Below, piece after piece: positions 28,201-41,686 of a stretch of 58,337 nucleotides of DNA. Numbering within the stretch: the first letter of the stretch is position 1; every line of letters starts with the position of its first letter. Both the position numbers and the translations under genes were made by a program. The notes under the pieces are model-generated. The model ran no database searches and was not told the DNA's origin. It saw only the letters and a program-made list of their open reading frames with translations. Source of the stretch: Catajapyx aquilonaris (Eukaryota); assembly GCA_000934665.2 (NCBI GenBank), contig KZ538328.1:62001-120337 (forward strand), given 5' to 3'.

Positions 28201-31200
28201 ATGACCGTGTAATTACGGTCCATTTGCAGACGGAAGATGTGACATGAATAACATACCGTCAGAATGTATGCGACTGGAAACTTCCTTCGCTCGAGGGAGG
28301 GGGAACAAAATGTGATGTAGTGTACAGTACATACAGCGCCAGCATTTAATAGCCTGTTGGTCCGATTAAGTCAAAAGCTACCGGGAGGAGGGGAGAGCCA
28401 TGAAAAAGGATAACTGGATAAAAAGCATTTAATTTATTGCCATAGCTCCGGCACAAAGTGCACTCGCTTTGGCGGAGAAAAGAGCAGTCGACTCATCTGC
28501 AATGCGGTACACCAGAGCGGGTGGTAAATAGACAGGTAGTTTGACTCCTTTTTTTTCATCCCACCTGACATTTCTTGATTCGCCAAGTTAGCTTCCTAAA
28601 GTGTTTTGGTATTCATTGGCGAGATGTTTTTTCCCCTCAGCGAAAGTTTGCTATTAGGTGTTAATGAAGCCAGATGCAAGTGATTTCAAAACTTCCTGGC
28701 TTCTAGAAGAATGCTGCCTAGATTTTACCCCTAGCAAGTTTGTCCATCAAACACAAATGTGGCGTCGGAAGTCAGACATGGATGCATTTCGCGTTGCGGG
28801 TTACACCCCGAACGTGCGAAGGAGAAGAAACGTGAGTTTTAACATCAGCCACTTTGGGAGTCAATCTCGTATATTATCCCGGCAGCGGGATCAGAAGACG
28901 TTGCAAGAGTACCTGCTTCAGACCATGAATCTGGGAATGGTTTTTATCCACGTCATAAAGAAGGAGCCTCGGGAGTGATGTGAGGAACTTGTAAGATGGC
29001 ATAATCCGGGAGGCAGGAGGGAAACCTTTATCGCTTCTGAGACCATATTAAGTATCTCTGGTGCCTTCTCGTCAGGCATAATTTGCAGAACTTTGCACTT
29101 GTAAGCCCCCGGCTGCTCTCCGGACATGTGTTGAGAGGTGGAGAACCTTAATGCCTGGCGTCAACTCTATCCTAACTTTATGATGCGTTATGCAATCTGG
29201 CTGCTGCCGGTGTATATGCAGCAATGCGCTTCAAACACAAACAACCCATCCCCACTTCATTCTCAGAAGTGTTTTCTAAAGCAGCTCGTGGTAAACACTG
29301 TGCGTGCTGTCTGTCGTCGACTCTCTTCTGCTGGAAGACCGGTTTTTAGCACCTCACTGCACTGGGGACAAAGGCATCTCCTGCCAAGTAGGCCAAACAG
29401 ACTACGTCAAGAAAGGGTTGTAAAGCACACGATATGACGTCAAGCAGACCACTTGCATGGATTGTTGTGATAGCTGGATTCTGCGAGCGCGGCGTATGTT
29501 TCTTGTCGGATCTGACAGTTTTTCATACTGTTGAACAAAAGTGTTTTTTGTGGGTGTTTGGTAACGTGTCACAGGGTTGTGAAGGATCTCGTTGTGCTAG
29601 TCACGACTGGCGAGGCTGGCCATGGCGCGGTAGGATTGGAATCCACCGATTTCAACAGATTTAGAAACGCGGCGCAGCATCCAGGCTTATTTATCAGGAG
29701 AGAAGCGTCTGCTGACAGAAGTAACGCAGGCGTTGACAGCCGGTTTTATCGTGAATCGCGTTTGATGGAGTGGTCGACGAAAGTTTGAAGGATTGTTAAT
29801 AGGATGAACAAATCGATGTGGATCTAACAGAGATGAATGGAACTGAAGGCCTACATATGCGTGTCCGTATTGGTTGGGCAAGGCGAGGTGCTGGTATAAA
29901 AGTAGTTTCTGCCTAAATTCACTATACTTTTCCTTTAGCTTTTACTGGCGGATACGGAAACTACACAGATGGAGAGTCTGTAAATAAATAATCACTTTAA
30001 ATTATTTAATATGGGTTCTCCAAAGTTAGATTTTGGCTTCACTGGCATATATAGGGGTCGTGGAGCGAAAGAGTACTTCTGCACATACATTTATAGTAAC
30101 TATTATAATTAATACAAATGTTTATTGCCCTGGAGGTTGTTCCCAGAGTTGGTGCTTTGACGAGAAAAATATTCGTACAGTTATCGGCCATGCCAGACCT
30201 AGGGCAAGGACCCCTCCGAAGCAGGAACAAGTTCAGACCGCCATTTTGATGTAACAATTAGCACTTTGATCCCGCTCCACCCTGGCACCTTACGTGCCAT
30301 CAACAAGGGCCCGGGTATGTAAACTATCCGGCGGATTTGTTCTCCGGTTGCCCCAGATACTCATCTTTGTGTCGCACGGATCCTCCCAGAGTTTCACGTT
30401 AGGGATGGTTGGCGAAATCCATTGTGAATGGGCCTCGAACGGTGTTGCCTGCCGAGTCTAGTCCAGGCCCCGGGAATAAAGCGGGCAAGGATTAAGATTG
30501 TATGGCGAAGACGCCGAGCATGAAAGAGCGATGGCGAGGCGGGCAGAAGAGCGTCTTAAGGGCGTCGTTCACCTTCCGGAACGGCGCCGAGCGATTGTTA
30601 TTCTCAAAGACCAAGAGAGAACGGAGAAGTTGGTGGCGGGAGAGGCAAGCAGAAGAGTTAATAACCAGGCGGTTCCATACAAGCCCCGGTGGATGCTGAA
30701 TGCCATTGTGCCAAGCAAAGAGCCGCGGCGATTGAATCGACCAATTTCCACACTAAAATGCAGCAGGCGGGCGGGCGGGTGGGGGGGGGGGTGCTCCCTC
30801 CCTGCCTCCCAACCAAACCTAATGCCGGCAGCCATTTGACGAAGCGACACTCGCTTCCAATGGACCCGGAAGAAGAAAGTCGTTTCTAGATGGGGCAGTT
30901 CACCAGCTGCAGGAATGTGGCTGCCAACGAGATAGAACTGGAAGTTCTATTCGTTTGCTCGGATTTCTTCACCCGGCAGAATTAAACGGGGGTCCCGTAT
31001 TTTTGGTCCGGAGCCTCATTCCCGTCCTCTGATTATTACTTCTTTGTCTGGCTGATTAGGGAACACGGGGTTGCCTGACGCTAATTCCATCCCAGTGATG
31101 TAGTTTGGACCAGGGTGGAGCCTGATATTGAAATTCTGAGAGGAAAAGATGCCGGAGTCGCACTTGGTTCTGGTCAAAAACTTTTGTCACTTTTTCTATG

Positions 31201-32352
31201 TGACAGTTTTTTTAGGAGGTCGGCCATTTTGTGCTCAGTGGCAGCCTTCGTTGTTCCGGAAAGAGATGAAGACAACATCTGCTACTGGGGAGGGTATCAG
31301 TCGCGTTCTGCAACGAAACTGGGGGCTCGAAAGCCCGCGGGTGGAATCCAGGGAGGTTGTGATGGATGAGGTCGCCGAGGTGTGAAATGGGACTACGATT
31401 TTGCTGGCAACCTAAAAAGACGACCAAGGCTCGGTCGAGGAGAAAGAGAGAGAGAAAAAGGCCAAGTTCTCTTGAACAGGCCATCTCGTTGTGGAGCAGG
31501 TCGATGGGGAATTTTTCACCTGGAGGAGGAATGGACCATATTCTTGGAAGAGAAGTGGCGGGTAGGGGGCCGTGTAATCCTTTAAAAGGACAGGTCTTTT
31601 GGCCGATTGAGCCAGGAAATAGGATTTCACGGTAGACATATGACACGGGCATTTTGGGAACATCTGAGCACGAGTGTCTATTAGCGAGCACGCGCCTGAT
31701 GTAGCCAACTGCTCTCCCCCCAGTTATAACTACAAAATTCGCCAAAGTTGCGGGTGGGCACACCGTGTAAAAATAATTTTGGCGGTTCAAAAAATAACCC
31801 ACAAACCTATAGGATGTTCTGTCAGTGCATTAACAAAGGGCACAATCGCTACGCAAACAAACCCTTGCAGTGGAGAGGGGGGAAAAAGGGAGAGAGAGTA
31901 CGGGAAGCAGACCCGTACAATTGTCTCTCATGCAGTTGCTCTCTCCAACATAAACAATCAGGGACACGAATTATTTCGGTGGGGCACGGAGGGAAAACAA
32001 AGCCTACGTGTAATTTGGTGTTTGAACGGCGTTTATGCGGCACAGGGGAAAAAAAAAGACTTGTGCAAACTGTTTGTAGTGCATTTGTGTTTGATCTGTT
32101 CATTTGATGAGCTCCACTTTCACCCTCTCGCGTGGGTGACGTGGGGACAAAAGCATGTCTCTTGAATGGTGTTCTGGTCCTGGTCTGCGGCCTGCTAGGG
32201 TCAACCGACTTGTGTCACAGATAGGGACAGTTTCTGTCCGACTGCCGCCGTGTTTCTTCCGATCTGAAAATGTCGCGAACCGCAGAGCTTATCATCTGGC
32301 TGGGAAGCTTGGACTGGTACGCTATTGTTGGCTGGTTTTAAAAAAAAGTGAG

Positions 32353-32522
32353 TAACATTCCACCCTAATGATTTTCGTCAAAAAATGTCATAGCGTGTTT
32401 CACGTCCAATATACCTTTTCGTTTGTACGATGTCATTTGGATGAAAATGTATATCGGAGGTGATTTCATTGGACGTAGACGTCATTGAATGAAAATTGTC
32501 TGGGATAAGTGTTATGTAACCC
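32353..32522. mobile_element. Degenerate foldback/Mutator-like MITE with ~15-bp subrepeats
   Basis: Left half has ttttcgtcaaa/cacgtccaat units and the right half has their complements ttggatgaaaa/ttggacgtag/ttgaatgaaaa. Ends AAGTGTTATGTAACCC. Confidence 0.4.
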
Positions 32523-35500
32523 GCATGTAGCCGCAACATTTGCATGAGAAGCGCTATCGAGCAACTTCAGGCTCCATTTGGCATCTGTCGCATGCAACCA
32601 TGTAATTGATAGTAATGGGTATCCACAAACAATTCCCTCCCATTCAATAGAACGTCATTTCCTTCCACCTTAGGCAGTATTATTCCCCTCCCGAGAAAGA
32701 TCGTTTCCCAATAGCTTCCGGTTCGATGCGAGACAAATTTCTGAGAGGGGAAGTCATCTTATTTCAGCCATTCTGGGGAAAGACGTTCGGATCCGTGCTG
32801 GATTAATTCCGGTTGCCATTTAGAGTCTGTGGGAATCTCCTGCTCTGGGAATTTATGACGGTCAGTGTCTAGGAGGAAGAGCGTGGAATGGCTCGTGCTT
32901 GATAGAAATTATCGATTGAGTCAGAGGGGCCCCAAGTTGGTCCCAAGTCTCAGACTAGCCCTTCGGAAAGCTCGACCAAGCTCATAGCGCATAACAGGTC
33001 CTCTGTAATTCCAAGTGAACCATGAAATTGGTAATTGACGCCTCCTTAGTAGGCGACTGGTTGCGCACCTTATTTTTAGCCATCTTCGCCGCCCAAAAGA
33101 TGCTTCCTTTCATATGTGCTCACCAATGGCGTCCAGTCTCATAATAAACGGCCAAATAGGCCCGTATTGATCATGTCGGAGCCAAGTGAAAAGTATTCCT
33201 CCGGGCGTGCTATGCTTGCGACCCCTAAGTCTTTGGGAGAAACACTTTTTTTTCTGGCTTGGTGTTAGTCATCGAGTATTGGCAGGCCAGCTTGTTTCGT
33301 CCTGGCGCCATGAGGCCACATTTCTCCTGCCTCTATACCCCTCCCAATCAAACATCGAGTCTCAGACACCACAGTTAGCTGGGGTCCATCAGAATGGCCA
33401 ATTCATTACCGGCCGCCTTATTGGTGCGGAATTAATCAGAGGACAATGCAAGTTTGGTCAGTCGTACATGGACAGCAAAGGGAACACTGAGGGCTTGAAT
33501 AGAATTGGGCCGGGGAGGTCGGAGTGATATTTTTTTTTAGGTCGGGGGAGAGGCCTTTGCCCTACATGCATCATCTGTGATTACACTGGCGAACGATACT
33601 TCAGCACTGGCCTATAAATCTACCAATAAATTCTTCTGGTGTGCAAACGGTGGCAGGAAATATAACTTCGGACTCGACAGCAGCAAAGGAGGGATTAAAC
33701 CGGGACATTTTATAGCGCCTGGGAGTTGCCAGCATTTTCGTAAATATTTGGTGTGAATAACGGCGTTCAACTGTTCGGCGCCTCGGAAATATCCCGGAGC
33801 GTCCAGTTATTCAGAGCGCTAGAGAAGAAGCACTTTACAGCACGACATTCAGATGAAACGGATCAAAAATAGGCACGGAAGTAGGTTGATTTGGCGATAA
33901 TTCGTATCGACTGGACACTGGCATGGTGGGCCATTTGTGCCAAATCACTGCCATCATCACCGCAGCTTCCAGTGGTGATGATCGCAGTCAAAACAGCTGC
34001 GCAGCTATCTTGTCCACAGTCATTCCTCTGTATCCAACGATTCCTCAATTATGTAACGTAGATGGGCGAAGAAGTTGCCATGAAAAGAAGCCTATTAACT
34101 GGAACGGTATATAGCAAACTGGCACATTACAAGTGTGATTTATTTTGGCTGCTGCTAAAGCCTTAATCCATCCGTTGTTCACTAGTTAATTACTGACATT
34201 GCAGTAGGGGATAATTTATTGACAAAATGTCCAGTCCATTTGAGATCTGTATACGTGTGTAAATTTGTTAATCTGGACTACTGGCTGGGCGCAGTCGCAT
34301 TATTGGTTACAGTACCAGTACAGAGCCATTGCGGAACATTGTTCATTTATGCTTGTGGTCAGGTGTAGGTCATACTCTGCGTATGTTTCACCTAACCTTG
34401 AATGTGTTTTCCGCTGTACAAAATACAATCAGCATATTCCGGCAAAACAGCTGGTAATCAGCACGAGTAGACATCGGTCACGCTGCAGCTAAATTTAAAA
34501 CTCAATATTGCGTGGGGCGCGTCGTAAAATAAAGCGTTAACAATTCCGCATGTTTTGCTTGCAGGGAAAAAGGCCGTGCCAAAATGGTCCCCGAGGGAAT
34601 GGGAATGGGTGTCGGAACAGCCTGATGGCCAGAAGCAAGAGAAACGCCGCTGCCATATTCCTAGTTTTTTTTTCTTTATTTCTTTCCCTTCGGCTGCTTG
34701 AGATGGGTTGGGCAAGCTTTATTGGCCTACCGAGGCCATTCCCGAAAAGGTGCACTGCTTTACGAGCAATTTAGGTACCGGTCGCGCTTCCACTTTTATC
34801 ATTCGGATAGATGCTAAGGTCTCAATGGCTGAATGCCTGATCCTAATGAGAACCACACGCGACCCTCGATGACGGATTTATTTCGTCCACAACATGGCGG
34901 CTCTCTGCCCACAGGCAACATGCAAAAATTCTGGCTCGTAAAGAGGGACGAGACGTGGAATAACTTTATGCCTGGACCATCTGCCGATTGGTAATGTGCA
35001 GGAATAAAAATGGTATGGCGATCGCAGAGTATAAACAAGATTCGCCCTCTCTTTATCGCGGTCTATGCTCCCGGAGCCTGTTATCTCCTGCCATGTATAG
35101 TCCGATCAAGATTCTTTGGAATATTACAACTACCGCGTAACTTGTCATTAGTTGTCTGTACTAGTTAGCCGAGCAGTATGTGCGGATAGCTGATGTGTTT
35201 TCAGCGCAACTTTGGTCCAACCCATGAGTGCTGTGACAATGCTCCCGCCCTCATTGCTGATTCAGCAGCATTTGTGCGGTTCGAAAAAGGCTGGGCCGCT
35301 AATTATTCTAAATCAACGATAATTTAGACTTATGCGGGGTTTATTCACCTGGAATGAGGATTAATGGGGCGCGTACGCCACTAGATTTGTACCAAACTCA
35401 TTGGCGTGGATGCTGCTGGGGGAGAAAAAAAAAAGAGCAGATCTCATGGGTGGAATCAGTCGTTGGCCAGTTTTTTTCCAGTCTTCTATGCACGTGACCA

Positions 35501-36077
35501 CTGCTATCTGATTAATGGAATGAGGCTTGAAGAGGGCTGTCAACATGAGGGTCCCAAAAACTCTACAACGTAGACGTTATCAGGGCCGTGCAAGGAAAAT
35601 ATGCCAAGACGTAACGCAGACGTGACTGTCGCGGTGATTAATTTATCGCCGCGGAAGTTGTGAAGCGTAGAGGGCCAAGACTTGCGAGATTTGCCTTTGG
35701 TCTCTTGGGGAGGGGAGGGGGGGACTCCCTACCCCACGATTCGTTTCACACTGTGCCACTTCACCAATTCACTTTGGCTGTTTCGATAACGAGACATTTT
35801 TTTGCCAGCCGAGCGAAACACCACACGCTGTGTATGCCGTGGATTGCGAAATGGCTTCCAAAATTAACCTTTCCGGCATTGTCCTGTGTTGCGTGTGCAC
35901 CATGCGGACCTTTATGGCCCCGAACATAACTTTTAAACCACCTTAGTGCTCTAAAGTGCTGTTTAATGGCGGTTTTAAAAAGTTGCAGTGTGTGGACAAT
36001 GTGTTCGCGCCTTGAAAGAGACTCGTGGCTTGATCCCTTATCAGCGAGTGTAGAAAAAGGCACATGTGAGTGTTACA

Positions 36078-36446
36078 GTTACATACTACTTCGTCCAAAC
36101 CATTTTTGTCTTACGGAATTCGCATCAAAAGACCACAGACCCAACTGCAGCACTGAGGGTAGACCATGGACCGTGGATTCTTGCTATTGTTATGTTTCTT
36201 GTTGACAACCCCATAGTCTACTATCAAGCGCTGCATATTGGGCCTTTGGTTTCTGAAGGGGAATTTTTTGACGAAATGTCGCTTTGGTTGTATTGGACTA
36301 TAATTCCGCGGATGAAATGTCTGATTTGCACGAAAAGGTGCATTGGACGGGAAATTCGTAGAATGAAATAGAATCTGGATTGAATAATTTTACTGGAGGG
36401 AAAGTATAGGGGAAAATTATTCGGGCCAAGTGATAAGTGTATCAAC
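36078..36446. mobile_element. Second degenerate copy of the foldback-like family
   Basis: Starts GTTACATACTACTTCGTCCAAA and ends GATAAGTGTATCAAC. Carries ~15-bp periodic units (ttgacgaaatg, ggatgaaatg, ttggacggga, agaatgaaat) like those in 32353-32522. Confidence 0.4.
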
Positions 36447-36556
36447 AATTCTTTTTGAACCGTTGCGTTGGTTGAACTGATGGTACACCCGTGAAGTTAC
36501 ACCATTCGGACAGCTAAAGAGACGATCGCGATCCGCCAGTGGATACTACTTGGTAG

Positions 36557-37846
36557 CAGCGGCGTAACAACGTATTTCAGTTGAGGGGGGGGGNNNNNNN
36601 NCCCCCCCCCCCCCACAGAGCTTATTGTAACGAATTTTTAGAACTGTCCCAAATGGCATGTCCAACTTGTAATAGGCGGAATGAGGAAAGAGCCAATAAG
36701 CCCGCCGCAGGCGAAATTTTTGTTGTTCAAGGTCGCACAACACACAAGCTTAGATGACTGTAACTGACAAAGTACAGTGGAATCCTTCTGCAGTTAAACC
36801 TCGATATATAATGCTTCCGCATATAACGCTTTCCCGCTTTTAACGCTCTTTTTTTCCGTTGATCATCCCCATAAAGCCCAGTGGTATTTTCCCGCTTATA
36901 GCACCTCCCGCTTTTAACGCTTGCCCTCATGTACAGTACCGCTCGATTTCCCTGGTCCCCAGAGACATTTATCCCGCATGTTACGTCACTTTCCGTCACT
37001 CTCCTCCCCATAATCGCGAATATGGGGAGGAAAGTGACGGAATTTTAAAAATTTCTAAATCGGCTACAGATTTAAAAAAAATATTCTGCGGGGTTTCCCT
37101 TTATTCGGCGTTTATTTCTTGTCAAGAAAAAACCACGTGTCAATACGTGACGGTCACCTCTATTAATTAATATTTTTGTAGTTGAAAATGTAGGTTTTTG
37201 TCGATATTTTAAAAAGACAACACAATTAAAATCTCCGCTTCTGTGGCACCTAGCATGGCCGTTCTCTTTTGTTTTATAACTTATCTCTTTTGAAGACGCT
37301 TTCAACCGTACCTTACACTTTTAATTCNNNNNNNNNNNNCCCCCCCGTAAGTTTAGGCTTGATAAATGAAATACCTCTGGATGAAAGTGGTCCTAAACAC
37401 TGTCGGGATAGACTATGTGATACGTGGGCAGGTCAGTTCAGGTTAACATGGTTTATAGGCTTCAATCTATATAGCATCAGTGAAGGAATTCATTTACTGA
37501 GAAAATCGTGAATTAAATTGTATATCCCGCATATAACGCTAGCCCGCTTGTAATGCTACGTTTGGGCGATCCCTTGAAGAGCGTTATATCGAGGTTTTAT
37601 TGTATACTGTAAGCACATCGGATATAAGCAAGTAGAAAGGTCGGTGCCTTCATATTTCCAGCAGTGCCAATGTACAAGTACAGTTGAATCCGGATATAAC
37701 AGACTTGTCTGTTATTTTCCGCCCGCCTTTTCCCGCTCTCCGCGTCAGGCGCCCTCGAAAGGCGCCATCGGATCCCCTTTCGTAATTTTAGGAGGGGGCA
37801 ATGTGTACCCTGCTGCCCCACCTAGTTGTTAGCCACTGCTTGAGTG
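36557..37846. mobile_element. hAT-like non-autonomous element hosting a nested insertion
   Basis: Left end CAGCGGCGTAACAAC; right end reverse complement CAGTGGC-TAACAAC (ending 37838). The 8-bp direct repeat CTTGGTAG at 36549-36556 and 37847-37854 is hAT TSD length. G/C-rich subterminal runs. Confidence 0.65.
36791..37602. mobile_element. pogo/Tigger-like MITE nested in the hAT-like element
   Basis: TIRs CAGTTAAACCTCGATATA... and ...TTATATCGAGGTTTTATTG followed by TA. Subterminal repeats (cccgcatataacgct, cccgcttttaacgct) occur at both ends. Confidence 0.8.
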
Positions 37847-38502
37847 CTTGGTAGTAATAGCTTATTAATCCAGAGGCACAAAACCATATCGTGGAAGTGT
37901 TCCAGAAGCCTGCTGGAACATGACATGCATGTGTAGGCCGGCTTTTATTGTCGTGCCGGCATAATACTAGGCAGTAAGCCAAGGAAAGGAATTCGAGTGG
38001 AATCCCAATAACGAGGTTGCTAAATAGTCTAGGAGGCAGATCTAATGAGTCCCCCTATTAATCTAGGCGGGGGAGGTTTGCTTCCACCTGCATCCCCGGT
38101 AAATCACAGCAACTTGGCTTAATGGGTCGGAGGACACTTCGGTGCACCTAAATCTTGGCTTATACGGAGCGGGGCCGCCATTATCCGGGGCGTCAAGGAT
38201 GTTGGAAGCCGCTCGATGGACTCCAGATTGGTTGGGGAAACATGCTTACGCTGTCTCTGTGTCTGTCCATGTCTGAAGGAAACGGAGAACCGCCCTTGAC
38301 ATGTACACCAGTTGGGATGTGACTCGGCATGGGTGGAGATCCACAGGGGGCTGTGAACAAAATATGGATATGTTTGAAGGCGTGGTTCTATCGCCACATA
38401 TGATACGTCGCTCAGGGAGTGGTAAGACTAGTTGGACAGTCCTGCGTTTGTGCACAATTTGGCTACGTCATGGCCTTTCTGATGGGCCACAGAAAATACA
38501 GG

Positions 38503-38579
38503 ATGACAAGTCGTGACATGTGAAGTAAGGGTCAGTCAAAAACCGCGAAAATCACCGTGACGTACTTTATGGACAACCC
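38503..38579 (-). mobile_element. Single-TIR remnant of a PIF/Harbinger-like MITE
   Basis: Reverse complement reads GGGTTGTCCATAAAGTACGTCACGGTGATTTTCGCGGTTTTTGAC, resembling a common arthropod MITE terminus (GGGGCTGTCCATAAAGTACGTCACG). Partner TIR not found. Confidence 0.45.
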
Positions 38580-40568
38580 ATGTGGCGACAGTCCTCGTGC
38601 CGCTAACACACAGCTCGTGACTGGCAGGACACCCTCCATCACAGTGACATGGTCCTCCATAGGCCATCTTGAACACCATGAGTTATAATGTCCAAAACGG
38701 CAGTTTTATTCCTCCTGAGGATCAATGACAAATACAGCAGGTACGAGAGCAATTTTACACCCTGACAGCCACCATAGATCATACAACCGCTCCTGGCAAG
38801 ACCTCCCTTCCCTCTACACCCCCCCCCCCCNCTCTACCCCCCCCCCCCCCGCCCCCCAAAAAACAAACAAAATGAGGTGCAACTAGAGCAGTTCATGCAC
38901 CGATACATACTGTGTCACTGCCAGTACCGCATTCAGTTTCAGTTTATGGCCAGCCCGCTAAATAAAGCATTTTGTACACGAGCCGAAGAATCCAAGCGTG
39001 CAACAAAAGGAGAATAAGCGTGGCGAGATGTGGTTTCGGAGTAATTAGGAGTGAGCAACGGTGGGAAATCTTCGGGTTGGGAAAATACTGGCCCTAATTT
39101 AATGTGACAAGGAACGTCATAAGTGGGGAGCTAATTGCACAGATGCTGGGGCCAGCTGTGCCGTTGCTTGCTTGTGTCTGAGGAAAAGTGAAAGAGCCGG
39201 AGAAGGGTGGGTGGGTAAGGGGGGAAATTGCATTAGAGTCTTCGTCTTCTTCCATGCTCGCCACTTCTTCTTCCTGGAGGCAAAAGTTGCGGGCCCAGAT
39301 TTTCCCGCCTCTTTTGCCGTGTCGGAATAAATCTGGGGGTGGTCCGCCTCCCGGAAACTTGCCGTGAAAGGAAACCTAAGGATAGGGCCCGGAGTCAAAT
39401 GCGTTCTGTCGGTTGCAGGAACTTATTCATAATTCCCACAATCGCGGTAATGCACTTTTCTAATTATCACCCTTGGAAATGCCTGCACGGAAGGATTCTT
39501 CTTCCTGGGGCCCCAAGGATGGACGGCGTAATTGAACTGTCGGATTATGAGCTCCGTTTCACTTTATCTTGATTCCGCGCTTTCTCATTTCAGCTGGGAA
39601 ATGCCAGGTGGACTGTAGGAAATGAATTGATTTTGGGAATGGAGATTTCTATTTTTTATTTTTTTTAATGCGGTGGATATGGTCCATTAGATTACAGGTC
39701 GTTGTGTGCTATTTTCTGGTGGCGCAATTAGTGGTGGGGACAGGGCCGGGCGCAACTTACCATGTTTAGGTTCAACTGGAGTTTCGAGAGATTGGTGGAT
39801 TTTGGTTTCATCTGAAAAACTGGAACACGAGTTCGTTTTTGTGTCAATATGCCGATAATTGGGTTTGGTTTTTGTGCGGAGAGATGGCTCCAGTGAGCTG
39901 CTGCGAATACTGATTGGAGGAGGGACATATGCCACGTCCCAGGAGGAGGAGCTGTGCGGCGTGGCACAACTCCGAACGATTTCGAAATTGACGGCTGGGA
40001 AACCTTCTAGAGATGTCTCCGCGATTAAATTCGAATGCTGCTATGGCAAAGGCGTAAGGTACTGTACACATATAGCTGCGGTATAGATGCGGGGATGTGG
40101 TATGTGTCGCGCTGTGGCCCATGTACTAGAATCATTAGAAAATTCAATCTTCGACTTTAGATGAAATGCGATCCAATTAAACAAAGAGACAAATCACCAC
40201 AACGTGTCCTTATAACATAACAAGGGTAGTCAGCGATGTAGGAAACCCTATGCATTAAAAATTTGACACATAAACATATGACATAACTCATACATAATCA
40301 CAGTGTAATAACCAAGCCATTTGGACCTCAACTCGTGGAATATGCTGGTCCACATTAAAACCCACATAATACTATACAAAACGCGATCAAATAATATATT
40401 GTACCTAATTACGAATTGCGTCTTTGAAATGACAACATCCCCTTCTGATGCAGTTGACAGTAGTTGCGTGTACACTGGCGCATGTAGGTGGACTGCTGGA
40501 CGCTAGTCTAGGAATGCCCGCTATTTTGGAACTTGGCAACCTTCTAAACAAAATATTTTGCATTGCAG

Positions 40569-40692
40569 GTACCAACAGCCGGTGGCCGGAGTTGGCTTGG
40601 CGGCACAGAAGTACAACCCCGAGATGAGGGTGCAGAAGAACCAAGATGCCCGAGTTGCTCACCTGAGCGACAAGCTCCGACACATGAGACAG
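40569..40692 (+). CDS. dally: Glypican (Dally/GPC3-5 type), internal coding exon
   Basis: Acceptor cattgcAG|G completes the GA+G Glu codon; donor CAG|GTgaga (phase 0). Translates YQQPVAGVGLAAQKYNPEMRVQKNQDARVAHLSDKLRHMRQ, the glypican Y...G.G..AQ..NPE motif plus the following helix. Confidence 0.92.
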
Positions 40693-41511
40693 GTGAGACC
40701 AACGGGCCATTGTCAACGGGATTCAAAAGACCACCGGTATTCGTTTGCTCGTTAGAACTGCCGCTTAAATAGGGCTTCACTTTCGCTGATGAACCGAATT
40801 TGGCACACATGTGATGGGAAACTGGAAGCCAGCCTTTTTCTGATGGCTGGATCAATGACCGGGTGCATCAGCACACACGCACTCACTCACTCACTCCCTG
40901 CCACCCCTTGTCCTGTCCTGTGGGCACAGGCTCGGCTGTCCTCCGCCTTTTCCCCACATAGCTGGGTGCATTCAGCTTTTTTGACATGACGGTTCCAGGG
41001 CCCCCGGCGACAAGACCTGACTGGAATTGCTGCTGCGTTTTGCCCACAGACACCTCGTTAACGAGAAAGGCCGCTTTTCCACTCGCATTGTATCCAGCCA
41101 TCCTCTCCTACTGCTTCGTGGTTATTAGTGGAATTGATGGGACCAGGGAAAAAAGCCAACTGAAGTTCACTCTTCACCGCCTTCCCCCATGCCCGCCACT
41201 CTTCCCGCCTCGTTTCCGGATGTAGTTGCTACTATGGAAGCTGCAAAACGTGGGGACCACTGCACAGGGCATGAAGGGGAAATGCGCTGGAATGGAAATG
41301 TCCTTCTCGGTAAAGAGTAAATGGATGCTTTTTATAGGTGCCAAATTGCAATTATGCCTAGTCAAGTAGAATTCAAGTAGGGCAGTGGGTTATGTACATA
41401 AGATGGTCAGCAAGAAGAGAAACGCAATTACCAGCCCTTATCAGATATGATTGCCCGAAGGTAGTCTGGTTGCAGTGTCAAGATACTATAGTAACACTGG
41501 TTACTTTACAG

Positions 41512-41686
41512 TTGCTGCACAGTCACGTTGCTACTGTCCCTGCTTCAGACAGCTTGGTGGTGGAAGAAACTGGATCTGGATCTGGGTACTCAGTTCATCC
41601 ATCGTGGTCTGAAGATGAAGAGAGATGGGGAGAGAATGGCTCTGGTTCTGGGGACGATGACATTCACGAATCAACCAGTTCGAATG
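41512..41686 (+). CDS. dally: Glypican exon with heparan-sulfate attachment domain
   Basis: Acceptor ttactttacAG|TTG and donor G|GTaatt (phase 1). Translates LLHSHVATVPASDSLVVEETGSGSGYSVHPSWSEDEERWGENGSGSGDDDIHESTSSN, with two SGSG clusters flanked by acidic residues, typical of GAG attachment sites. Confidence 0.9.

Noticed and set aside
31212..32165. ORFs of 196 and 163 aa
   Set aside because: No family motifs or coherent splice signals; consistent with chance ORFs in intronic DNA.
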